From: Saccostrea cucullata
Lineage: Eukaryota
Direction: 5' to 3'
Assembly (NCBI RefSeq): GCF_032062105.1
Contig: NW_026935419.1
Coordinates: 558,001 to 622,000, forward strand
DNA: 64,000 bases
Shown here: positions 1 to 27,400 of the stretch, piece by piece
How positions within the stretch are numbered: the first letter of the stretch is position 1
How the letters are laid out: each line of letters opens with the position of its first letter
Program-made: the position numbers and the translations under genes
The notes under the pieces: model-generated
The model's database searches: none
What the model saw: the letters and a program-made list of their open reading frames with translations, nothing else
Told to the model about the DNA's origin: nothing

Positions 1-1534
1 TTTATATTACACTCGAAAAACTTGAGAGAAGCGAGACGAAAAGACCGTTTCCTAAAAGTAATCGTAATTTTAGAGGGAAAGTTTATACATGATCGGTGAA
101 AAAGCCCCCTCCCCCCATCCCCTACCTGAAAAACAGCAATATTAAAATCGTGTGGTGATGATCAGGGATAGTTTTTTTTATTATTTTAAAGAAAACGTAT
201 TCAAAATGTAACCTTTTGGCTTACCTAGTCATATTTCATTTTTTTTTTATTAATTGCTTTAGCAATTCAAAACATTATCCAGAAAAATATTCCATTTTCC
301 TATTTCACTGGAATCAGATACATTAAAAGAACACTTAAATGTTATGAGTCTTTACTTTTTTGCCTTTTCTCTTTTTCAAATGCGCACAAGTTCCTGCCGC
401 GAATGCCAATCAAATACGAGGGTTGTCCCGTAAAATCGTGGACAAAGCTTTTTTCTCGAAAAGTAATGGCCGCACTTAGTTGAAAATTTCAGTAAATGTT
501 TATTTATCATATTTAAGTGCATGATAATTTTTTTGATAAAATATAGGCAAAAATAAAGATTTTATTATAATTGTAACCTTTACGGCGCACGGTAAAAAAA
601 CCAAGGTTTTATTAAAGAATACACAAGTTTGAATTCAAAATAAAAGTTTTAAATACATAAGATTTGGATTAAAATTATCCTAATTCAATTGCACAATCAA
701 TTTTGTAGTCTTTGTAAAAATTTTAAGCCATTTGGTTAAAGTACATTAGAAAGTGGTAAACACAACACACGAAAAATGGCGACGTTTTATGACGTTACGG
801 CGCACCGGAGAGCAGTTCAGTTTTAATTCGATGTTGTAATGACACTTTTTGAGACTTGAAATGACCATAGAAGAAAAAAGATTATAAAAATATCACCATA
901 TCTTAAGTATACAAATGAAATAAGAGTTTTCTTAGCGAATTCTTTTTTGATCGAGTCCCTGGGGAGTACAAAACATACGGACAAACTTCTTATGTAATAG
1001 CAAAAGAAGCTGTCACAGTAGACCGCCGATATGAGATTTTCAATTAGTTGAATGATGGTGAGAATATTGTCCGTAACTTACTAATAAATCTTTTGCATGA
1101 GGGTGCCAATTGGTTCTTCGACTGTTTATGGAGACTAAAGAATGTGTATCAATGAAATTCCTAAATTTAAGTCGGACTCATCCAACTTCATTTTCAGCAA
1201 AGATAAAACGTGACGCTGTTTTAGACACTTTGACGTTAAAATCCATGCGCCGTAAGGTGATACAATACATGGCATAAAATTTCATAATTTGTTTATTTAT
1301 GCATATATTTATCTGAAATTTTTGTATATTACTAAAATATGTATTAATTAATAGTGAAAATTTCAGAACACAGTGATGTTTATTTTTCATACTAGACAAC
1401 TTGTCCACGATTTTACGGGACAACCCTCGTACATCCTCATTCTTTAAACTAGTAAAATAAAAGATATAAAAGAAAACTGTCGAAGACTTACCAATGTTGA
1501 GAAGGCAGACAGAAAATAGGGTTGAGAGGTACAT
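1..1534 (-). CDS. Possible 5' end of an unidentified minus-strand gene running off the left edge (candidate exons 1492..1534 and 1..51)
   Basis: TATAAAA on minus near 1570, ATG at 1534, hydrophobic MYLSTLFSVCLLNI, strong phase-1 donor G|gtaagt at 1492/1491. Acceptor tacttttag| at 51 continues open in frame (GNGLFVSLLSSFSSVII) to the edge. No homology recognised. Confidence 0.3.
417..1429. mobile_element. Non-autonomous Tc1/mariner-type DNA transposon (~1 kb MITE)
   Basis: Perfect 29-bp TIR CGAGGGTTGTCCCGTAAAATCGTGGACAA at 417 and reverse complement ending 1429; TA on both flanks; subterminal TTACGGCGCA motifs at ~580, ~795 and inverted at ~1245; no transposase ORF. Confidence 0.88.
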
Positions 1535-1899
1535 AATTTTGCTCTAGTCGATGATCCGTGGGGGAGAGTTTTTATACCACTAGGATCATTGAATAAGAGG
1601 AAACAGGTTGCAGAAATCAAATCAAATCCCCCACACTGGTCAGATTTCATGTATTGATAAGTAATTCTTTTAATTAATGAAATGGCACGGTATATCCTTT
1701 GTTTCCTTTATTTTCAAAAGAAAAATTTAGTCAAAAGCTAATTTATGCGTGTATCTGTGTGTGTGTGTCTGGGAGGGAGGTACTTATTAATCTATATTTT
1801 TACACAGAAGGTCCCTATTTACGAGTTCCGATTTGGGCATTTTGATACGAGACTGGAGCTGAATTTTTTTATGAGATGAAAAACAACATGTAAACTTCT

Positions 1900-2790
1900 T
1901 ACCCGCTTGAAAAGCAGGGAGGTAAATAGTTATGGCACGCCAAATTCACAAAAATGAGATAAACCTAGTTTCACAATTGTTAAACTAGGTTTATCGTCTG
2001 TAAACTATAGTTTACAAACCGTAAACTATAGTTAACGATTCGTTAAGTATAGTTTTCATCTGTAAAACTATATTTAACGGTCGTTAAGTATAGTTTACGA
2101 ATGCTAATCTAAGTTTATCTGTCTGAATAAAGCGTTAACAATAGATTTTGTTGATAAACATAGATTCACTTTGTAAACTATAGTTTACAATCGTAAACTA
2201 TAGTTAAGAGTTGTTAATCATAGTTTCACAAATCGTGAAACTATATTTATCAGATCGTTAACTATAGTTAACGGTTTGTAAACTATAGTTTACAAATCGT
2301 GAAACTGTATTTATCAGATAATCTATGTTTTGCAATCGCAAATGATAGTTTTCGGTGTTAAGTATAGTTTACGGTTGTGAAACATAGATTATCGCGTTAA
2401 CTATAGTTTACAGATGTAAAATATAGATTAACGTTGTTAACTATAGTTTACAATCCGTAAACTATAGTTTACAACCGATAAACCTAGTTTATCGATTGTG
2501 AAACTATGATTATCTCATTTTTGTGAATTTGGCGTGCCATAATTAGTGATGGGAGTTTCCGTCCGTCCGTTACGCTTTCGGGTACGCATCTCTTATCCGC
2601 TCCTCCCTTGTACCACTTAGTAAAATTTGATGAATCTTGCACAGAATCTTTGTTATGTGGTGCTATTGCGCACCTCCTATTTTACTTTATGACAGGGCAC
2701 ATACTTTGGGTTTCCCAAAACAAAACATTGATACTGCCATTCTTTCTATCATATTGAGGGGTACCCATCTCCTATCCATATTTTGCTATG
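1900..2790 (+). mobile_element. HINE-like (non-autonomous Helentron) element interrupted by a MITE
   Basis: Begins CCCGCTTGAAAAG, resumes after 2541 with GTCCGTCCGTTACGCTTT...; same sequence family at ~40868-41152 and ~51918-52408. Confidence 0.65.
1931..2541. mobile_element. TIR element filled with short palindromic repeats (AAACTATAGTTT-like)
   Basis: ~32-bp TIR TATGGCACGCCAAATTCACAAAAATGAGATAA and its reverse complement ending 2541; interior is degenerate ~20-22-bp units centred on AACTATAGTT in both orientations. Confidence 0.85.
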
Positions 2791-3070
2791 GGAAACTCGA
2801 AATCATGTCCGATCAAAAAGTAAAATACATAAAAGGTGCATTTTGGCATTATTTAACAAAGATTCTTTGAAAGTCTCATTAAATTTCATTCAGTAGTACA
2901 GGAGTTGTAGAAAAGAGAGGGGTACCCCATATTGTAACAGACGATTGACGTACTGACAGACGGACGAACACCCCCATCACTATATACCACCCTGCTTTTC
3001 AACTGGGTGTATAAAAATATTTTCGGATTTGGAATTAAAGAAAAATTAACAACTTGTCCAGTCTATTTCG

Positions 3071-3074
3071 GTGT

Positions 3075-3105
<31 letters not shown>

Positions 3106-3108
3106 GGG
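3071..3108. repeat. (GT)n microsatellite followed by poly-G
   Basis: gtgtgt... followed by a run of ~20 G. Confidence 0.8.
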
Positions 3109-3676
3109 TGATCACCCTGTTACCCTCTCTAGATCTGTGCATTGTCTGAAGCTGATCACAACATATATATTACCCACGCAATTCAGATTTTTTTTGGGGG
3201 GGGGGGCACAAACCTCACTCTCATGATATATTGCTCATTTAAGCATATATGTTGGTCACACTTATTGCACAGCAAATCAATACATATATCTTCAATCCAA
3301 AATTATTTATGCATTGATGACCTTTTTTTCCTCTAGTGGAAGTAATACACAATGATGTAAAATCTATCAGTTTATATTTCTGTAAATTTGATAAATGACC
3401 TCTTTTGATGAAAGCTGACAGAATTGATTAACAAATCAATATACTTTTTGATTACCTAATTTTTCACAGGGTGCAAAGTCAATAATTAAACAAGGAAACC
3501 CAACAGGTGTATTTGTCTACCTATCTTATTTCTGTAATATTTTTTATTGACTAGAAATGGAAAATGTGAATACAGGATAAAGAAAAGCTGCATCCTGCAG
3601 ATTTTGATAATCAGACTTCAATAATAATTTAAGTTTTGAGGTAATAAAAATATCACACACAATATTTTTGATGGTT

Positions 3677-3682
3677 TTTATT
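3677..3682 (-). terminator. Candidate ULK4 polyadenylation signal (AATAAA on minus)
   Basis: tttatt on plus ~245 nt downstream of the stop codon. Confidence 0.5.
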
Positions 3683-3924
3683 TTCATTTGATGAGGACGG
3701 AATGTTTAAAATTTTACAGTGAGATTTTGTACAAAAAAAGGGAGTCATAAACAAAACACACACAAGTATCTAGCAGTATATCAGCAATACACAAAAAACA
3801 TTAAACAAGTGTACAGTGTTCAGTGTACAGTGTCTTGAACAATACGAAATGATTCACTTTTAAAACACACTTCATTCTACAACCATGAACACATCCAATA
3901 TAAGGGGCGTGGCTAGTAATTTTT

Positions 3925-20042
<16,118 letters not shown>

Positions 20043-20803
20043 TTATTCTTTTGCAATGCCTACCTGCAGTAATGAAATATTTGACCTATATTAAATTTTA
20101 AAAAAATCAATTTTCATAAACAAATACCTACTGGATTTCTTTTTGCTTTTAAAAGTCCCATCCCCAATATGTCCCAAAATAAAGATAAGAATATAATTTA
20201 TTCTGCATTGAACAGGTCGGGACCAATTTCCCAAAAGGGATACAATCCAAACTGTGATTCACATCAATTCACAGTGTAAATACATGTTATAAAGATTTTT
20301 CTTCAAAAGAGACATCAATATATATGTTTTTAGCTTCAACAAATCTGGCTGCACTGAGATTAATCATATCCCAATGCAAATATTGAAAAAATTATATTCC
20401 ATTCCAGTTGTTTCAATTTCTGCTTCAATTTTGAAATTAATGGATTCATGGCTAATACAAGAGATTAACGGTGTTTTATGTGCAAGTGTTATTGTAAACA
20501 GCAGAGACTCGCAACTGTTGGAAGTCGATCTTGCACTACTAGTATCTCAAGTTCCCTATTGTTTAATTTTTCAAATCTTGTGCAACTTAAATCCCATAAA
20601 ACTTTAAAATTATCTGTGATTACATAGTCAAATTTTTAATTTACACATGCATTAAAAAATTATTCCAGATTTTATATTCAAAGCCTGAATTTTTAATGAA
20701 ATAATTTATTTCCTCTTGGGATTTCAGTGGCGAGAATTTTTACAATGAAAAAGTTGCTGGAGGTTACGCTGCGACAAGTCAAAAGTATCTCACCGTGAAC
20801 CTC

Positions 20804-20914
20804 TAGAAGTAATCTAAGCAAGATGTCGTAGGAACTAAAATTTTTGGTCTGACGTTGTAGTAGTCGTCAGACCAAAATTTTTAGTCCTTATGACATCTCG
20901 CTGAGATTACTCTG
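20804..20914. mobile_element. Palindromic (hairpin) MITE
   Basis: gtaatct...gatgtcgtagg-actaaaatttttggtctgacg / cgtcagaccaaaatttttagtccttatgacatc...agattac inverted arms. Confidence 0.7.
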
Positions 20915-20924
20915 GTCTAGTAGT

Positions 20925-21020
20925 AGGCTTAGTGTGCTGGAGTAGCAGAGCACCTGACTCGAGTTTCAGAGGGCCAGGGCTCGAATCCCAGTCTAGTCCG
21001 CTGCATTTTCTCCTCTCTCA
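20925..21020 (+). mobile_element. tRNA-derived SINE head
   Basis: A-box-like segment (...gagtagcagagcacctgact) and B-box-like GGCTCGAATCCC at tRNA spacing; no full cloverleaf or CCA. Confidence 0.55.
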
Positions 21021-21764
21021 GTATTATTTAAAACACACACTTAAACACGAATCAATCGATCAAGTTATCAACATAAAATAACATTACTGTTGTTGATTAC
21101 CATTGATTTCAATAAATAGCAACGAAAGACCACAATCTCCTTCGTAATCCGGGGATGAATTCCCGGGCTCCAATCCCGCTAAGACACAGACCTTACACCA
21201 AAGAATTTTTTGTTGTAAATGATCATAAAGTTCAACAGAAATATTTCGGAATGTTTTAGCTAGTAGCAGAAGGAATTTAGCTGACGTATTTTGATTGGAT
21301 TATATTCAACATTCTCCACGAATCAAAAGTGATTTAACTAAATACAAATTATTGTGCAACCTTACGTAAAATAATTCGTACAGTCCTCCAAAAATAACGA
21401 TCAGTCCGGATTAAAAAAAAATTCCCATATTAATCAAAGTGATCGTAAATAAACATATTTAAATTTATGCTAAGCCTGGTGAACTTGAGCCATTTAAAAC
21501 AACAAAACATCCTGCACATTAACAAGGGTTTTTGAGTCGGTCCATTTTCCAGCTCACTTTAATTTTCCTTTTTCCCAAAGCATATATTCAATTGTTTTTT
21601 GCTGTTTGTTTTAAATCATGACAATAAACATAACTATATATATATATATACATACATGTGCATGTTTATATCACAGTGGATTGATTTAGATAATTGGGGG
21701 GGGGGGGAGGAGGTAGAAAAAAAATTCCTATCCAAATTTGAGGGTTTTTTTTTTTTTACATTGG

Positions 21765-22100
21765 AAAGTAGAAAGTTGGACTTTTCTCCGACTTTCGGTA
21801 CAATTTTTTTTTCATAATGCAGGAATTTGCCGGTTTTTGACCGTACAGAACCACCACCCACCCACCCAAAAAAAATGGGGTAAGGAAGAGGTAATATTAA
21901 TCAGCTCTAAAATAAAAATCACGTATACCAGGTATTCAAACAGATTAAATTTTTTCTCAGACCCCCCCTCCCTACCTGTGTAGAAAGTTGCAAGGACTTT
22001 TCTCCGACTTTCAGTACAATTTTTTCCATAATGCAGGAAATTGCCGGTTTTTGACCGTACAGCACCACCACCCACCCCAAAAACTAAAAATGGGGTTAGG
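21765..22100. repeat. Direct duplication of a ~110-bp segment (period ~215 bp)
   Basis: ggacttttctccgactttc.gtacaatttttt...cataatgcaggaa.ttgccggtttttgaccgtacag.accaccacccaccc at ~21779 and ~21994. Confidence 0.8.
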
Positions 22101-23459
22101 AAGAGGAAAGCAGCCCCCCCTTCTCCCCATATACTTCGGGCCTATACAATGGATCAAAACCTCATTATGCCAGAATTTTTTTGCAATGGTAAATTAATGA
22201 AACAAAATTTAAATTGGCAATGCTTAAAAAAATAAATACAAGCCGTTATCAGGCTGTTCTAGTCTGGGGTGTAGGTGAAACTGAAATTATAAGAAAACAA
22301 AAGTATGACTAAGTATGAGACATTCCCTTTTCCGATATGCACACAGTTATCCTTGACCTTAAACTACATGTAATCCCATGCAAGGAAGTATCAAACATGA
22401 TTAAGAACAACATAATTCCTCGATCCATTCTTTTATGACTGGTAGATATAATTCTCCACATGTTGATCTTTATAAAGTGTATAATTATGCATTACAAACA
22501 GCGACGTACATAGCCGCGGAGCGTGCGCTGCAACAGTAAGTTTTATAACCTACATTTTCAGTGACAAATTTAGTTAATACATGTACAAATTGTACATGTA
22601 TATGATTTGAAGTTTCGCAGTCATGTTTGAAAGAGACAATAAAGACAAAAAAGTGAAGTGAAAACTTTTGTAAAAATTAAACTTTGAAAAAAGTGTGGCA
22701 TCCTTCATGCTAATTGTCCGGCAAAACCCCAAATCATAAGTGAGAGAGAGAGTCAAGCTTCATAAATGAAAACTTAAATTGTTTAAAAATTAAACTTTTA
22801 ATGAGGAAAAAAATTAGTTTGGAAAAAAAATGTGGATGGAACAGAACTCTGAAGATAAGATATATCTGTTTCTAAAGTGCAATTCTACCTTATAAGATAT
22901 AAGATATTTTGTTGACCAGTCAATAACACTGATTATGGCATCTAACTGAATTAATGGAATACAACATTACAAGAACATGGAACTTTTATTTACTTGCACT
23001 ATCGTAAAGATAAACCCGCTAAAAAGATTCCCTAAATCTGACTTTAAAAAAAATAGACCGAGAATCTCCAGTATGTCTTAATCATGGGCGTCCGAAGCAA
23101 ATTGAAAAGGGGGGGGGGTGTGTGTGAATTTTCAATGCCTATATAATGTCTATTTTGGCAATGGGGGGGGGGGGGGGACGCCCATGTTAATAAGTGATGA
23201 AAAATGTTCTCCGCAACCGACCTTGAAGGTAAAACCAACTTTTTTGTTAAACATTTGTGTGTAGGGAGGTAGTCAAACCTGTTTTTGTAAAACAATTTTA
23301 TGATCGAAAATGTAACTTCAAATGTTAAATAGAATTTTTGAAAAGTTTTAAAATACACATGGTTATGAATTATATTTTTACTTGACAATGTACGTTTCTT
23401 CGGACTACTGGTATTTTTAAGATTCTTTTCATATGCATGTTACAAACTACATTTTCAGT

Positions 23460-24250
23460 GACATTTGCGTTTTCATTTTTTTCCGAGAGGTTAGACCTTC
23501 TGAGATGATTTGGTATACAAAGGAATAAAAAATAATTGGAAAAAAAATGTTATGAACCTTGCCAAGTTGGACTCAGAAAAATTCCAATTATTGGCAGTTT
23601 CTGTTCATTTTCTAAATGCATAAGTGGAACATAATGAGATGAAATTTTGTATATATCATAAGAATGCTTCGTTTTTGACAAAGTTATGTCCCTTGGACTC
23701 AGAAAAATTCCAATATTATTTGCAGTTTCCGTTCATTTTTTTTTTCGCAGAGAATACACCTACTGAAATGAAATTTTTTGTCTAGGTCAAATTCTGTTTT
23801 GAGTATAAACTAGCCTTATTTGTCAGAGTTATGCCCCTAAGATTTAGAAAAATTCCAATTATTTGCTATTTCCGTTCATTCATAAGAATATCTGGGTCAG
23901 GTTCTGTTTTGGATATATATAATCTAGCCATATTTGACAGAAATGTGCCCCTTAGACTTAGAAAAAATTCCAGATATATGCCATTTCCGTTCATTTTCTT
24001 CGCAGAGGTTAAATTACAAAGGTCTACGGAAATGAAATTTAGTGTACAGATTTTTCATAAGAATTTCTAGGTTCAACTTTTGTTTTTGGTAACGATCGAG
24101 CCATTTTTAGCAGAATTTTGCCCCCTTAGACTTATATTTACAAAAATTCTAATTAATCCGCTTGAAATTTTGTGTGTTAAGAATACCTAGGAATGGCGTC
24201 ATATTTTGAACGTAATTCCCTTGCACTTAGAAAAATTCCAATTAATCTTC
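23460..24250. repeat. Degenerate tandem array, probably the internal repeats of a HINE
   Basis: Recurring ttatgcccct...agaaaaattccaattatt...tttccgttcattttc...gaaatgaaattt units every ~120-140 bp. Confidence 0.7.
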
Positions 24251-24472
24251 ACCGTAGCAACATAATTTTTCATATCACTACGAATTGAAATTATTAAGTT
24301 TACACTGTGTAGCACTGATTACATGCAAAGCAGGCTAGCCAGTTAAAAAGGCGGTTTTACACACAAACATATGATTTAATTGTGCGCGCACACACACAGG
24401 TTAAATGGTCGGGGGGCTGGGTCGTAAATATCCAGACACCTAAATGTCTAGGTGATCCTCTCATCCTCCGCA

Positions 24473-27400
24473 ATGCCTAACAGAAGAGACGACATCCACG
24501 CAGCTAATCGGAATTTCTGTGTGATTTTGGCCTTTCTGACCGTGTTAATCATTACCTTAATCAGTGTGGTGATTTATCTCTCAGTTAAAGACCGCGACAC
24601 CGAAGGTAAGTGATCGATCTAAACAAAAATGGTAAACGTGCGTACCTGCGTGTATCGTGCATAAAACGCATTGGCGGATCTTACGCGCGTCGTATGGCGT
24701 TTTCCGCTTAATTTTCAATTTCACTCGAAAGAATAATTACTTTGACCTTTATCCCCCCCCCAAAAAAAAAAGAGAGTACAGACATATTTTGTATGTACAT
24801 ATATACCGATAAAACAATTTTTGTATTTTTATTCCTTATTTTTTGTAGAAAACAATTCTTCAAAGATGATTACAAGTTCTCCTTTTGGAACTCATAATGG
24901 GAAGGAGGTCCTACAGTAAGTGCAGCTTTGTCGTGTCTAAAATCCATTACAAAGTTAGCAGAATGTAAAAATACTTTATACAAAATTTTCATAATAAGAC
25001 TAAATCAAGAATGGTGTAGGAAGCATGGGGGTGTTCCTAAAATTTTAATAATTTTTGCCGATATATATTACATTAATTAATAAATACGTCTAAATATAAA
25101 TATACTAAATATGAATATATGGAAATATGTTACCACAGCAATTACTTCTGATGAAATTCCGGGTGTTACTGTATTTCATTATCAAGGATTTTTTGCTTCA
25201 TAGCCCCCCCCCCCCTCCCAATGAAATTCTTCACTGCAGCCCTAATTTATGTTTTCATAAGCTGCGTTATAACAATAATTAATTTCAAAAAACCACTTAT
25301 TTACTATTTGTATTAAACATGAAACAGGGGAAATTATAGATTAACTTAGTAGCCAATAGTAGGTATATTGTTGTAATATACATTTAATGAATAGCTCAAT
25401 TCTGGAATTCAAACATGTGAAAGACATTTATTTGTAAATGATGGAAGAATTCATTCCAAAAAATATTTTTAATAAATTTTATTGGACCTTGGTGAAAACT
25501 GTTTACGTTATTTTTTGCCCCCCCCCCTTTAGTTTTCATTCTAAATTTTCCATATCTCGATTTAATTAATGTTTATTTAACATGTTTAAACATCTTCGAA
25601 ATATGTTCAAAATTTATTTTAGCAGTAATATTACCTTAAAATCGCTTGACATTTTTTTTTTTAAATTGGCATATTGATTTAAAATTCCGATTTATAGCAG
25701 ATATACCGATATTTTGAAGCGATACCACTTGTTAGTGGTATAACTCGATTCAGATTTATGTAGAATATAAAATTTTATATTTTAATATGTTAATTTTGTG
25801 CAGGTATACGTTAAAGAATAGTAAAGGGACAGAAATACGCATTCTAAACTATGGAGGAATTATCACAAATATTATGATACCGGACAAGACTGGGAAAATG
25901 GATGATATTTGTCTTGGTTTTGATGGCATGGAAGGTAATTAAACTAGCTAATTCAGACAATTGATGTCCCCCGCTTACGGTAAAAAAGAGCATGTGCAGA
26001 TGGGGGGGGGGGGGGGGCTCTCCACTGTATTTGCAGATTTATTTATCAAATAAGGAAATGCCAATATATATAGATACATGTATATAGATTTGATTGGTTA
26101 ATTTTTAAAATGTTTACAGAAAATTTGTTTTTATATAAAATAATTATAACTCTGTAATAATTATGATATTATGAGAAAGTTTATGTTCATGCCTGATCTC
26201 TCATAACTTCTTCTTTTCATATGTTGAATACTCAGTACTTTCTTCTAGTATATCTCTAAAAAAAAAAAAAAAAACTGGATAATTTGACTTTTTCTTTACT
26301 ATCATAAAAAAGTATGTCGTGAAAAGTCATATCCCATTTCATTTATTATAGATTTTACTTTAAAGTGTAATTGTCAGTAAAATTCAATGAATTGAATACT
26401 GACATTAAATGCAATATTTAATTTTTTTAATGAATTTATTTCAGGATATGCAACAAATGGTCCGTACTTTGGTGCTCTGATCGGGCGCTATGCTAACAGA
26501 ATAGCAAATGGCCGTTTTACTATTGATGGAAAAACATACCAGTTAGACATAAATAATAGTCCGAATGCCCTTCATGGAGGAAAAGTTGGATTTGATAAGG
26601 TAAGAGAAACTTGCGGCTTTTATCGTTTTTTATTATTGGAAAGAAAAATATATAAAGATTGGAAATCTGAAGATATTTTACGACTAATAAACATTCTACT
26701 AATTACTTTTTCTTGTTCAAATTAACCAAGTAAGATTCTCCCTTTTAGTCACAATAATGATTTATTTATAGCGATTATGGAGTTCGGAGATCGACGGTGA
26801 CGTCCTACAGCTGACCTACGTCAGCGCTGATGGAGAGGAGAAATACCCAGGAGAGGTCAAGGTCACCGTCCGTTACCAGCTGACCAATGACAATGAACTG
26901 GTCATTCAGTATTCAGCAACCACATCAGCAAAAACTGTCATAAATCTTACAAACCACGCCTACTTTAATTTGGCTGGACAGGTAATTGCAAAACGCAGTA
27001 ATTCTAATTCTGCGTGGGTGGGTCGAGGGGGGGGGGTTATTTGCAGCCAATTAAATTAAAACAGTTAAAACAATGTGAACATTCTAAGGAGACAATGGAC
27101 AAGTACCGTGAAGAACGTATGCATTGTTCAAAATTACAGGGGTAACTGCTTGAAAAATAGCGGTACATTTCATCATATATGCGAAGATGTAATATTATAA
27201 TGTTAATTAAAGAGTTTAGTATATCTACTGTACTCACACTATGTTTAAATAATTACAAAAATTATACGTTAATGTACCGTAGAAATTTTTGCGAAATCTT
27301 ATTTTTGCAAGATAGATATTGATTCTTGATAAGCGAAACAAAAATTTGACGTATTGGGTCATTGCTCTATATAATCCTAAGGAATACTATTATACGCGAG

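Noticed and set aside
20925-21020. Functional tRNA gene
   Set aside because: Only degenerate A and B boxes; no consistent acceptor stem. Better explained as a SINE head.
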